The notes under the pieces are model-generated. The model was not told the origin of the DNA. It did no database searches and worked only from the letters and a program-made list of their open reading frames with translations. 33,017 nt of DNA from an uncultured Actinomycetes bacterium (GTDB lineage: Bacteria > Actinomycetota > Actinomycetes > S36-B12). Shown here one piece after another: positions 1 to 8,824 of this stretch. Location of the stretch: contig CAJXUJ010000003.1 of NCBI GenBank assembly GCA_913061025.1, forward strand, positions 1-33,017, written 5' to 3'. Within the stretch, counting starts at the first letter, position 1; each line of letters opens with the position of its first letter. Both the position numbers and the translations under genes were made by a program.

Positions 1-1476
1 GAAGCCGATTTCGTGCTGGCAGACAAGAACGCTGTGGCCGTTGCCGAGGCTTTCGTCGATCCGGAACTGATCGAGGTCACCGATCCCGAGGCGACGGGCG
101 CAGCCGCCGACCGAGTGAAGCCGGCCATCGAGGCTGCCAAGGCCGGCAAGTCTGCGGTTCGACTCCTGGCTGGCGATCCGGTTATGGGTTCGACACTTCT
201 CGGTGAAGTTGGTGCTGCGCGCCGAGCGAAGATCGATGTCGAGATCGTGCCGGCCGTCAGCGAGGTCACCGGTGTGCCGGCCTACGCGGGCTTTGGGCTT
301 ACCGGTGGGAAAGCGCGTGAGGTGCGCGTTATCGATGCCGAGGATCCGGGTGTTCGCTGGGACGAGCTGGTGGCGCCGCGGGTCACGGCGGTGTTCCCCT
401 CAGGCGCGAATCACCTCGTGCATATCGCGCGGGCACTACTGGACGCCGGCAAGCCGGACACCACTCCCGTTGCGATCACCCGGGATGGCACGACGGTTGA
501 TCAGCACACCCAGGTGACGACTCTTGCCGACGCTGCTGAGTCGTCGGTCACGCGCCGCACCGGGTTCGTCGTAGTCGGTGAGGTCGTCGAGCAGCGTGAT
601 CGACTCGACTGGTTCGAGCGCAAGGCACTGGTTGGTTGGCGAGTGCTCATTCCGCGCACGCAGGACAACACCGCCGGACTCGTGGCTCGGCTACGTCGGC
701 AGGGTGCGGTGCCGAGTGAGGTTCCGACCATCTCGGTCGAGCCACCCAGGACGCCGCAGCAGGTCGAGCGAGCAGTGCACGGACTCGTCTCTGGTCGCTA
801 CGAGTGGGTGGGCTTCACATCTGCGAACGCGGTTCGCGCAGTGCGGGAAAAGCTCCAGGAATACGGCCTCGATGCGCGCTCCTTCGCAGGCTTGAAGGTT
901 GCCGCGTGCGGTGCCGGCACGGTGGAGTCGCTCATCGAGTTTGGCGTTCGGCCGGACCTGGTTCCCGGTGAGGACCAGAGCACGAGTGGTCTGCTTGAGG
1001 TGTGGCCGCCCTACGACTCACTCCTCGATCCCATTAACAAGGTCTTCCTCCCTCGCGCGGACATCGCGACGGACACCCTCGTTGCGGGGCTGACCGAACT
1101 GGGGTGGGAAGTCGAAGACATCACGGCATTCCGAACAGTCCGCGCGGCCCCGCCGCCGGCGCCGGTTCGCGAGGCGATCAAGACCGGTGGCTTCGACGCC
1201 GTCATGTTCACCTCCAGCAGCACTGTGCGAAACCTCGTGGGAATCGCCGGCAAGCCGCACCAGTCCACGGTGGTCGCCTGCATCGGCCCGAATACCGCAA
1301 AGACAGCCGAAGAGCACGGTCTGCGTGTGGACGTCCTCGCCGAGGACAGCACCCCCGAAGGACTGGCCTCTGCTCTCGCCGATCACGGTCTCGCCCTGCG
1401 TGAGCAGGCCGAGGCTGCGGGAGAGGACGAGTGGCGTCCGAGCAAGAAGAAGGCCGCGGGGCGCCGCAAGTCCTGA
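1..1476 (+). CDS. hemD: Bifunctional uroporphyrinogen-III C-methyltransferase-like / uroporphyrinogen-III synthase (CobA-HemD fusion), 5'-truncated by the window edge
   Basis: Frame is open from base 1 (EADFVLAD...). N-terminal tetrapyrrole methylase-like motifs VRLLAGDP and EIVPAVS..VPAYAG; C-terminal HemD motifs VLIPRT, FTSANAV, LPRADIA, FTSSSTV, CIGPNTA. Matches the actinobacterial fusion architecture. Confidence 0.9.
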   Translation, partial: EADFVLADKNAVAVAEAFVDPELIEVTDPEATGAAADRVKPAIEAAKAGKSAVRLLAGDPVMGSTLLGEVGAARRAKIDVEIVPAVSEVTGVPAYAGFGLTGGKAREVRVIDAEDPGVRWDELVAPRVTAVFPSGANHLVHIARALLDAGKPDTTPVAITRDGTTVDQHTQVTTLADAAESSVTRRTGFVVVGEVVEQRDRLDWFERKALVGWRVLIPRTQDNTAGLVARLRRQGAVPSEVPTISVEPPRTPQQVERAVHGLVSGRYEWVGFTSANAVRAVREKLQEYGLDARSFAGLKVAACGAGTVESLIEFGVRPDLVPGEDQSTSGLLEVWPPYDSLLDPINKVFLPRADIATDTLVAGLTELGWEVEDITAFRTVRAAPPPAPVREAIKTGGFDAVMFTSSSTVRNLVGIAGKPHQSTVVACIGPNTAKTAEEHGLRVDVLAEDSTPEGLASALADHGLALREQAEAAGEDEWRPSKKKAAGRRKS

Positions 1477-1505
1477 CCCCAGGACGCATGCGGGAACCGG
1501 TTGCT

Positions 1506-1511
1506 TAGGCT
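1506..1511 (+). promoter_or_regulatory. Putative -10 element (TAGGCT) of a leaderless promoter for the cytochrome c maturation operon
   Basis: TANNNT hexamer exactly 6 nt upstream of the GTG at 1518; no Shine-Dalgarno visible. Confidence 0.55.
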
Positions 1512-1517
1512 CAGAGC

Positions 1518-2162
1518 GTGAGTGATCAAAGAAGCGTCGTCCATCTGCTTCGGCACGGGGAAGTGCACAATCCAGAAGGCGTTCTCTACGGACGGCTGCC
1601 CGGGTATCGGCTCTCCGAACGCGGCGAGCAGATGGCTGAGATGGCTGCCGAAGCCCTGTCTGGGCACGACATCGCTGCCGTCATCGCTTCACCGATGGAG
1701 CGTGCGCAGCAGACCGCCGAGCCCATTGCGCGGGTGCATGGGACGTCGATCATCACCGAGCCACTAGCGATCGAGGCGGACAACGTCTTCGAAGGTCAGC
1801 GTGTCAGCGTCGGTGACGGCGTGCTGAAGCAACCGCGTACCTGGCGTCATCTGTGGAATCCATTCCAGCCCAGTTGGGGCGAGCCCTACAACGACGTCGC
1901 CGCGCGTATGCGTGAAGCTATCGAGAACGCTCGTCGAAGTGCCGATGGCCGCGAGGCCGTCTTGGTCAGTCACCAACTACCCATCTGGATCGCTCGTTTG
2001 GACGCCGAGGGGCGCCGGCTCTGGCACGACCCTCGGTCACGGCAGTGCACCCTTGCGTCACTCACGTCGTTGACGTTCGAAGGCGATCAGTTGATGTCTA
2101 TCGCGTACACCGAGCCGGCTCGGGCACTCCTCCCCGGCGCCAGCCCCATCGCCGGCGCATGA
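1518..2162 (+). CDS. Histidine phosphatase (phosphoglycerate mutase superfamily) protein
   Basis: LLRHGE catalytic motif, SPMERAQQTA and VSHQLPI motifs; usual position upstream of resA-ccdA in actinobacteria. Confidence 0.9.
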   Translation: MSDQRSVVHLLRHGEVHNPEGVLYGRLPGYRLSERGEQMAEMAAEALSGHDIAAVIASPMERAQQTAEPIARVHGTSIITEPLAIEADNVFEGQRVSVGDGVLKQPRTWRHLWNPFQPSWGEPYNDVAARMREAIENARRSADGREAVLVSHQLPIWIARLDAEGRRLWHDPRSRQCTLASLTSLTFEGDQLMSIAYTEPARALLPGASPIAGA

Positions 2163-2165
2163 CGC

Positions 2166-2741
2166 ATGCGCAGACTCCTTCCCCTTCTCCTGGCGACCTT
2201 GCTCGTGAGCGCGTGCACAAGCGCCAGCGGAGCCGGTAGCGGGAGTTCCCCGGGCTCGGATTCCGGGTTCGTCGGCGGCGATGGGTCGATCGTGGTCGTC
2301 GAGCCCTCGCAGCGGGTCGCGGCCCCGAACATCGAGGCCACCACGCTGGACCAAGAACCCTTCGATCTCACCGACTACCGGGGTCAGGTGGTGGTGCTCA
2401 ACGTGTGGGCCTCGTGGTGCGCCCCCTGTCGAGCCGAGGCACCCGAACTCGAGGAGGTGTGGCAAGAACAGCGGGATCAGGGCGTGCAGTTCGTCGGGTT
2501 GAACACGCGCGACTCGGCCGTTGCTGCGCAGCGCTTTGTCGATTCCATGGGACTGACGTTTCCCAGCATCGAGGATCCCGATGGCCGCATTCAACTGTTG
2601 TTCTCCGATTCCCTTCCACCACAGGCGATTCCTTCCACGGTGGTAATCGACGAGCAGGGCCGTGTGGCAGGACGAATCCTCGGAAAGGCGAGCGCTGCAA
2701 CCCTGCGTGGGGTGATCGACGAGGTGAGCAGCGGTGGGTGA
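2166..2741 (+). CDS. resA: TlpA/ResA-family thiol-disulfide oxidoreductase lipoprotein
   Basis: Signal peptide with lipobox LLVSAC; thioredoxin motif NVWASWCAPCRAE; cis-Pro motif IPST; ccs operon context. Confidence 0.88.
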   Translation: MRRLLPLLLATLLVSACTSASGAGSGSSPGSDSGFVGGDGSIVVVEPSQRVAAPNIEATTLDQEPFDLTDYRGQVVVLNVWASWCAPCRAEAPELEEVWQEQRDQGVQFVGLNTRDSAVAAQRFVDSMGLTFPSIEDPDGRIQLLFSDSLPPQAIPSTVVIDEQGRVAGRILGKASAATLRGVIDEVSSGG

Positions 2742-3480
2742 TGTCGGCACCCTGGTCACCAGCGGCTCGTTGCTCATCGCGATTCCGATTGCTCTTGCCG
2801 CTGGACTCGTCGCCTTCCTCAGCCCCTGCGTTCTGCCGCTTGCACCCGGCTACGTCTCGTACGTCACCGGTCTAACCGGAGCGGAACTCGCCACCGGGAA
2901 CCGTCGCTCCCGGGTGCTCTTGGGCAGCGTCCTGTTCGTCCTGGGCTTCAGCGTGGTGTTCGTCTCCTACGGAGCCCTCTTCGGGGGATTGGGGTCGGCC
3001 CTTCTGCGGTACGAGGACATCATTACCCGAGTCATGGGCGTGCTCGTCATCGCGATGGGGCTGGCCTTCATGGGTGTGGTTCCGTGGTTCCAACGTGAAT
3101 ATCGAATGATGCGTGCTCCGACCTGGGGATTGGCCGGTGCGCCACTTTTGGGCTTGCTGTTCGGTCTCGGCTGGACTCCGTGCATCGGACCGACGCTGAC
3201 GGCTGTCCAATCTCTCGCCCTGGCCGAGGCCAGTGCCCTCCGCGGCGCGATCCTTTCGTTCGCCTACTGCATCGGACTCGGACTACCGTTCATCGCCTTC
3301 GGACTACTCATCGATCGTGCTGCGCGTGCGACGGCATTCATTCGCCGGCACTATGCATGGATTATGCGAATCGGTGGCGGAATGCTCGTAGTGGTCGGCG
3401 TGCTGCTGGTCACGGGCTTGTGGTTGGACTTCACCATTTGGCTGCGGGTTTCCATCCCAGGATTCGAGACGGCCCTATGA
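2734..3480 (+). CDS. ccdA: Cytochrome c biogenesis protein CcdA (DsbD transmembrane domain)
   Basis: FLSPCVLPL and GWTPCIGP redox cysteine motifs; several hydrophobic helices. Confidence 0.93.
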   Translation: MGDVGTLVTSGSLLIAIPIALAAGLVAFLSPCVLPLAPGYVSYVTGLTGAELATGNRRSRVLLGSVLFVLGFSVVFVSYGALFGGLGSALLRYEDIITRVMGVLVIAMGLAFMGVVPWFQREYRMMRAPTWGLAGAPLLGLLFGLGWTPCIGPTLTAVQSLALAEASALRGAILSFAYCIGLGLPFIAFGLLIDRAARATAFIRRHYAWIMRIGGGMLVVVGVLLVTGLWLDFTIWLRVSIPGFETAL

Positions 3481-5006
3481 GCACCGTTCGGACCGAGACC
3501 CCCGCCCCACCGATGGATTCGCAGGGCTTCGCGAGGTGGGCCTGGCGGCAGTTGACGAGCATGCGTGTCGCGCTGATCCTGCTCTTCGCTCTCGCGGTGG
3601 CGAGTATTCCCGGCTCGATCCTGCCCCAACGAGGCAACAACCCACTTCTCGTGGACGAGTGGTTGGCCGAACGCCCCACGCTGGGTCCCATCCTCGATTC
3701 GGCCGGGTTCTTCGATGTGTACGGAGCACCGTGGTTCGCGGCGGTCTACCTGCTGCTGTTCATCTCGCTCATCGGCTGCGTCCTCCCGCGAGTGGGCCAC
3801 CACTGGCGGGCGATGCGAGGTCAGCCTCCGGCTGCGCCCCGAAACCTGGACCGGATGCAGGCGTTCACGTCGCAGAACGTGCCGGATGCTCCAGCGGATG
3901 TCATCGCCCGGGTAGAGACGGAATTGCGACGCCGGCATTGGCGGGTGCGGAGCTCTGATGACTGGATTTCGGCGGAAAAGGGGTACCTCCGCGAGACGGG
4001 AAACCTGGTCTTCCACCTCGCATTGGTCTTGATCCTCGTAGCAGTGGCTGCCGGCGGTCTCTTCGGCTGGCGAGGGAACGTGATCGTGAAAGAGGGCAGC
4101 GGTTTCTCCAACACGCTCACGCAGTACGACGCCTGGGGCGGCGGACGTCTTGCTTCCGCCGATTCGATACCTCCCTTCTCCTTCACTCTCGATGACTTTG
4201 CCGTCGAATTCGAACGCGGAGAAGCTCAGCGTGGGGCGCCGCGCTTGTTTGAGGCCCGGGTAGCGCTGCAGTCGGAGCCGCAGGGTGCCGTCACCGAAGA
4301 GGTGATCCAGGTCAACTACCCCATTTCGATCGCGGGGGCAAAGGTGTTCCTTGTTGGTCATGGGTACGCGCCAACGTTCATCGTTCGGGATGCACAGGGC
4401 GAGGTGGTCTTTGACGACGAGGTCGTGTTCCTCCCGCAGGATGGAAATTTCACCTCGACCGGTGTGATCAAGGTTCCCGACTCGACACCGCAGTTGGGCT
4501 TCCAGGGGATCTTCCTGCCCACCTCCGCGCTTGACGACGTCCGCGGACCGCACTCGATCTTCCCCGATGCTGACGATCCGTCGGTCTTCCTCTCAGCATG
4601 GGAAGGGGATCTGGGTCTGGACTCGGGTATTCCGCAAAGCATCTACACGCTCAAGACCGATCAGATGGAACAGATCGGATTGCGTGCGCTCGTGCCAGGC
4701 CAGGTCTGGGAATTCCCGCAGGGGGAGATCGAGTTCACCGGTTGGCAGCGGTGGTCCTCGTTCCAGATCGCATTCGATCCCGGTAAGGAAGCCGCCTTGA
4801 TCGCCTCGGTCCTGGCCATGGCCGGGCTCATGGTGTCGCTGTTCGTGCGTCGTCGTCGCGTGTGGGTGCGAACGCGGCCGGACGATGGGGGAAGTACGCT
4901 CGTAAGCATCGCTGGATTGAGTAAAAGCGAGGCCGGTGACGTCTCGGACGATGTTCGTGAGCTCACTCGGATCGTGACGAAAGAGGAGGGCGAAGGCAGA
5001 CCATGA
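3477..5006 (+). CDS. resB: Cytochrome c biogenesis protein ResB/Ccs1
   Basis: Start re-assigned to ATG 3477 (ATGA overlap with the ccdA stop). WRQLTSMRVALILL, GSILPQR, SLIGCVLPR and GNLVFHLAL motifs; C-terminal TM followed by RRRRVWV. Confidence 0.9.
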   Translation: MSTVRTETPAPPMDSQGFARWAWRQLTSMRVALILLFALAVASIPGSILPQRGNNPLLVDEWLAERPTLGPILDSAGFFDVYGAPWFAAVYLLLFISLIGCVLPRVGHHWRAMRGQPPAAPRNLDRMQAFTSQNVPDAPADVIARVETELRRRHWRVRSSDDWISAEKGYLRETGNLVFHLALVLILVAVAAGGLFGWRGNVIVKEGSGFSNTLTQYDAWGGGRLASADSIPPFSFTLDDFAVEFERGEAQRGAPRLFEARVALQSEPQGAVTEEVIQVNYPISIAGAKVFLVGHGYAPTFIVRDAQGEVVFDDEVVFLPQDGNFTSTGVIKVPDSTPQLGFQGIFLPTSALDDVRGPHSIFPDADDPSVFLSAWEGDLGLDSGIPQSIYTLKTDQMEQIGLRALVPGQVWEFPQGEIEFTGWQRWSSFQIAFDPGKEAALIASVLAMAGLMVSLFVRRRRVWVRTRPDDGGSTLVSIAGLSKSEAGDVSDDVRELTRIVTKEEGEGRP

Positions 5007-5986
5007 CCACCGGTACTTCGATGGGTTTGGCAGAAGCGAGCAACGCTGCCATCTACGCGACGATGGTGACCCTCACGATCGCCATGGTCCTGTTCGCCGC
5101 CTCGTTCGCCAGTGGTCGTCGTCGGCAGACGTCGCAGGTCGTCGCCCAGCAGCGCGCGGTCAGTGCTGGTGGTGCTGACGGTTCAGATGGAGGAGTCGCA
5201 GTACTGGATCGACCCGAGTCCTCTGAATCGATCGATCCCGGTCGCCGACTGGCCAATGTCGCGATGTCCCTCACCTGGCTGGCAACGGGTCTCCTCACCG
5301 TCGCCCTCGTCCTTCGCGGAGTGTGGGCTGGTCGAGTGCCGTGGGGAAACATGTACGAGTTCTCCATCAGCTCTGCGTGGGGTGTTCTGGTTGTCTTCCT
5401 CGCGTTGTCGACCCGGCGCGATCTGCGTTGGCTGGGGCTCTTCGTTGTCGCACCTGCGCTGCTCACCCTCGGCCTCGCCGTCACCGTTCTCTACACCGAG
5501 GCTGCGCAACTCGTACCCGCGTTGAAGTCCTACTGGCTGGTGATCCACGTGTCCGCGGCCATCATCTGCGCGGGAGCGTTCACCGTGGCTGCGTCGTCGG
5601 CGGCACTGTCCATCGTTCAGTCCCGACGTGAAGCCAGTGGACGGCAATGGGTGGGTCCGCTAGCCAATGTTCCGGACGCCGAGCGGCTGCAAACCTTCAC
5701 CAGTCGCATCATCGCTTTCGCATTCCCGCTGTGGACCTTCGCCGTGATCGCCGGAGCCATCTGGGCGGAGAACGCCTGGGGTCGCTACTGGGGCTGGGAC
5801 CCCAAGGAGACGTGGGCGTTCATCACGTGGGTTGTGTACGCCGCCTACCTACATGCGCGCTCGACAGCCGGCTGGCGTGGGAACCGTGCTTCCTGGATCG
5901 CGATTCTCGGATTGGTGACGTTCCTTATCAACTATTTCGGCGTGAACATCTTCGTCAACAGTCTGCATTCCTACGCCGGCCTGTAG
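5003..5986 (+). CDS. ccsA: Cytochrome c assembly protein CcsA/ResC (system II heme lyase subunit; often labelled ccsB in actinobacteria)
   Basis: WWD motif WAENAWGRYWGWDPKETW, PWGNMYEF, and conserved histidines in IHV, YLH and LHSYAG. Confidence 0.95.
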   Translation: MTTGTSMGLAEASNAAIYATMVTLTIAMVLFAASFASGRRRQTSQVVAQQRAVSAGGADGSDGGVAVLDRPESSESIDPGRRLANVAMSLTWLATGLLTVALVLRGVWAGRVPWGNMYEFSISSAWGVLVVFLALSTRRDLRWLGLFVVAPALLTLGLAVTVLYTEAAQLVPALKSYWLVIHVSAAIICAGAFTVAASSAALSIVQSRREASGRQWVGPLANVPDAERLQTFTSRIIAFAFPLWTFAVIAGAIWAENAWGRYWGWDPKETWAFITWVVYAAYLHARSTAGWRGNRASWIAILGLVTFLINYFGVNIFVNSLHSYAGL

Positions 5987-5995
5987 GTCGGCCGG

Positions 5996-6301
5996 CTAAC
6001 TCGCTTCTCCCCGGCGCTTGCGCATTTTCTTGCTCCAGACGTCGTCGTCCAGCTTGCGCAGGAACCGTGGATCGTCATCGGGTGCGACCGGGCCACGCTT
6101 GCGGAAGAAGCCGCCGTTTTCGGGCCACGGACGGCCGAGCAGCAGCCACAGGCCTCCGCCGAGGAGTGGCAGCACGAGAACCAGGACGAGCCACAACCAC
6201 TTGGGCAATGTGCGTGTCTGCGACTTGGGCGTGCGAGCCACATCGATGACGAAATAGATGTAGAGCGCCACCGCTAACAGGACGAGGACTACACGAAGCA
6301 T
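5996..6301 (-). CDS. PLD nuclease N-terminal domain (PLDc_N)-like small membrane protein
   Basis: Two hydrophobic helices (YFVIDV...LPKWLWLVLVLVLPLLGGGLWLLLGRP) followed by the APDDDPRFL motif typical of this actinobacterial family; usual position after ccsA. Confidence 0.8.
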   Translation of the reverse strand: MLRVVLVLLAVALYIYFVIDVARTPKSQTRTLPKWLWLVLVLVLPLLGGGLWLLLGRPWPENGGFFRKRGPVAPDDDPRFLRKLDDDVWSKKMRKRRGEAS

Positions 6302-6374
6302 GGTCCGGTAATGGTAACCGTGGTCGGTGGTTCCGCTCGCCTCCCGTGACCGGATCCCGACGGGCCTTGCTCGG

Positions 6375-6380
6375 TACGGT
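6375..6380 (+). promoter_or_regulatory. Putative -10 element (TACGGT) of a leaderless promoter for the DUF4229-like gene
   Basis: TANNNT 6 nt upstream of the in-frame GTG at 6387. Confidence 0.5.
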
Positions 6381-6386
6381 GGGCAG

Positions 6387-6863
6387 GTGGAGTCATCGCC
6401 CCCGGGAACACCCCTTCCAACGCCACCGCGCCGCTCAGGGTTCGCCGCGATCCTCGTCTACACGGGTATGCGGGTCGGTCTCTTCCTTGCGGTGTGGTTG
6501 TTGCTGCAGTTGGTGACTCCGCTGCGCGGCCTGTGGGCCGCGTTGGTCGCGATCCTGGCGTCGGGTCTGATCAGCATCTTTGTCCTGAACCGACAACGCT
6601 CGGCGATGAGCGCCGTCGTCGGTCGCTTCTTCGGTGGAATCAACGCTCGTATCGACGCCGCTTCGCGGGCCGAGGATGACGACGAATTCGACGAGGGGGC
6701 GCTACAGAACTGGGATAACCAGGCCGAGCGACAGAGCGATGGCGTAGACCGAGACGAGTTGTCCCGTAGCGACGAGAGCGGGGATGAGTCCCGGTCCCCG
6801 GGTTCTGCTCATGACGATTCGCCAAGGCCGCCAGGCCCAGGGGAGGGCAACGAGTCCCAGTAG
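6387..6863 (+). CDS. DUF4229-like small membrane protein with an acidic C-terminal extension
   Basis: YTGMRVGLF...two TM helices...SIFVLNRQR...AEDDDE pattern and synteny with menA. Start re-assigned to GTG 6387. The last 162 nt overlap menA on the opposite strand. Confidence 0.72.
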   Translation: MESSPPGTPLPTPPRRSGFAAILVYTGMRVGLFLAVWLLLQLVTPLRGLWAALVAILASGLISIFVLNRQRSAMSAVVGRFFGGINARIDAASRAEDDDEFDEGALQNWDNQAERQSDGVDRDELSRSDESGDESRSPGSAHDDSPRPPGPGEGNESQ

Positions 6864-7613
6864 CACCCATGGTCCTGCGGTGAATGCCATCGCGACGATC
6901 ATGGCGAAGGCGACGGCCAGCAGCGCCGCGAAAAAGGCTCGGGTGCGCGAATCTCCGAGCCGAACGGCGAGCGTTCTCTTGCCGGACTCGGTATCGGACG
7001 GAATGTCCCGAAGATTGTTCGTCACCAGAATCGCGCAGATCAAAACGCCGATGCCGATGCTCGCGAGCACTGCGGTGACATTGATCGAACCCACCTGTAC
7101 GTACATGGTTCCCAGCACCGGGACGAGTCCAAAAAAGACAAAAACGAAGACCTCGCCCCAACCTGCGTACCCGTAGGGACGCGAGCCGCCCGTGTAGAAC
7201 CAGGCAGCTGCTATCGAAGCCGCGCCGACCAGGAGTAACCACCAGTAGCCGGAGAGTGCAACGAGGGTCAGGCCACTGAGAGCCGCGATGCCGAAGCACA
7301 CGAAGGCGGCGTTACGCACTTTCGACGGTTGGGCGATTCCCTGACCCACCAGTCGAATCGGGCCAACGCGCCGCTCATCGGTGCCGCGGATGCCATCGCT
7401 GTAGTCGTTCGCGTAATTGACGCCTATCTGCAACGCCAACGCGACGATAAGTGCGAGCGCAGCGCGCAGGGGGATCCATCCGGTGCCCGCCAGCGCCGTA
7501 CCGATGACGACGGGAGCAAGAGCAGCGGGAAGCGTTCGTGGTCGAGCGCCAGCCCACCACTGGGAAAGCGTCGGTGTGCCGGGGGAGCCGCCCAGCGGTC
7601 GCGAGGTCGTCAC
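6702..7613 (-). CDS. menA: 1,4-dihydroxy-2-naphthoate polyprenyltransferase
   Basis: GARPRTLPAA, QIGVNYANDYSDGIRGTD and NNLRDIPSDTESGKRTLAVRLG UbiA/MenA motifs; GTGA overlap with the menE stop. Confidence 0.95.
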   Translation of the reverse strand: MTTSRPLGGSPGTPTLSQWWAGARPRTLPAALAPVVIGTALAGTGWIPLRAALALIVALALQIGVNYANDYSDGIRGTDERRVGPIRLVGQGIAQPSKVRNAAFVCFGIAALSGLTLVALSGYWWLLLVGAASIAAAWFYTGGSRPYGYAGWGEVFVFVFFGLVPVLGTMYVQVGSINVTAVLASIGIGVLICAILVTNNLRDIPSDTESGKRTLAVRLGDSRTRAFFAALLAVAFAMIVAMAFTAGPWVLLGLVALPWAWRPWRIVMSRTRGPGLIPALVATGQLVSVYAIALSLGLVIPVL

Positions 7614-8824
7614 ACCAGATCCTCGTCGTCGGTTTCTGCTAGTTCGAGTCCGACGGCTGATGAGGTGGCTCGACGATCGACTTTCCCGCTGGCCGTCGTT
7701 GCGAACTCGGTCACCCGATGGATGGACGTGGGAACTGCGATGGAGCCGAGACCGGGAGTGATGCGCGCGCGGATGTCCTCAGAGTCGATTTCGTCGCCTA
7801 TGTAGATCATTGCAATCCGGACATCGTGGTTGGCGTCGAACGTTGGAACAACTATCACGCTGTCGACCCCGGGATGGTCGGTAAGCCGATCCTCGATCGC
7901 CAGCAGATCGACATTCACGCCCTGGATACTGACGATGTCGTCGAGACGCCCGATCACCTGCAGAGTGCCGTCCATCCAACGCCCGCGATCGTTCGTGCGC
8001 AGCCATCCATGTGCAAAGGCCTCGTTGGCGCCATCTCGGTAGCCCTGGGCGAGCATCGGGCCAGACAGGCTGACGCGTTGGTCGTGGTCGTTGACGTTGA
8101 CGTCAACCCCCGGGAGGGGGATTCCATTCAGTACGCAACCGCCGCTCGTCTCGGTCATGCCATACGTGGTGGTGACGGCGATTCCGGCGTCGTCACAGTC
8201 GCGCGCAGCCTGGGGTGCAAGGGCCGCCCCACCGACGAGGATCAATGAGCAGCGCGCGAGTGCTCTGCGGCCCGAGTCAGTGGCCAGCAGTCGCGGCAAT
8301 TGCGTTGGCACGAGTGAGACGGCGATCGGGCGATTGAATGACTCAGCTGTATCGACCGCTTCTGCGAAAGCGTGATCGGTGAAGCGCTCCGCACCGCCGA
8401 CGCTACTGACCGCTACCGGGCTCCGACCGGTCGCGTGAGCTCGGACGAGCACGTTGAGTCCGCCGATCGATGTCGGGGGTATAGCCAGGATCCAGGTTGG
8501 GTCACCACCGGCACGTGCGTTGACGTGGGACGTCATGGAGGTGAGCGCCGAAGCGGTCAGCATCACTCCACGCGGATTACCCGTCGAACCGGAGGTGCTC
8601 ATCACGACGGCGGTGTCCATGGGCACGGGTCGGTCGGGATCAACGGCGTCGCGAATAGCGGACACCACGGCGGTCGGCAGCGCCGATGATTCCTGTGGAA
8701 TGGGAGCGATCGCGGCGTCACCTGCGAGCGCGGCCGACAGTCGAGCCCAGATAGCGGTGACCGCTGCGGGTCCGCTCGGCACCTCGATCAGTTCGAGGGT
8801 CCGTTCTGTGGCGCTGTTCGACAT
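7610..8824 (-). CDS. menE: o-succinylbenzoate-CoA ligase (AMP-forming)
   Basis: AMP-binding loop [25 protein letters not shown] and A10-like TASGKVDR; men cluster context. Start re-assigned to ATG 8824. Confidence 0.88.
   Translation of the reverse strand: MSNSATERTLELIEVPSGPAAVTAIWARLSAALAGDAAIAPIPQESSALPTAVVSAIRDAVDPDRPVPMDTAVVMSTSGSTGNPRGVMLTASALTSMTSHVNARAGGDPTWILAIPPTSIGGLNVLVRAHATGRSPVAVSSVGGAERFTDHAFAEAVDTAESFNRPIAVSLVPTQLPRLLATDSGRRALARCSLILVGGAALAPQAARDCDDAGIAVTTTYGMTETSGGCVLNGIPLPGVDVNVNDHDQRVSLSGPMLAQGYRDGANEAFAHGWLRTNDRGRWMDGTLQVIGRLDDIVSIQGVNVDLLAIEDRLTDHPGVDSVIVVPTFDANHDVRIAMIYIGDEIDSEDIRARITPGLGSIAVPTSIHRVTEFATTASGKVDRRATSSAVGLELAETDDEDLV

Noticed and set aside
130-320. Degenerate CobA methyltransferase motifs (no KGGDP or GRGGEE)
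   Set aside because: Similar divergence is usual in actinobacterial CobA-HemD fusions, so it is not evidence of a pseudogene or of novelty.
1483-2170. 10-bp direct repeat GACGCATGCG (1483-1492 and 2161-2170) flanking the phosphatase gene
   Set aside because: Short and GC-rich; the second copy includes the resA start codon; the gene is at its ancestral position and there is no transposase, so it is unlikely to be a target-site duplication.
3351-4553. 400-aa minus-strand ORF opposite resB
   Set aside because: Antisense shadow ORF typical of high-GC coding DNA; no recognisable motifs; fully overlaps confident genes.
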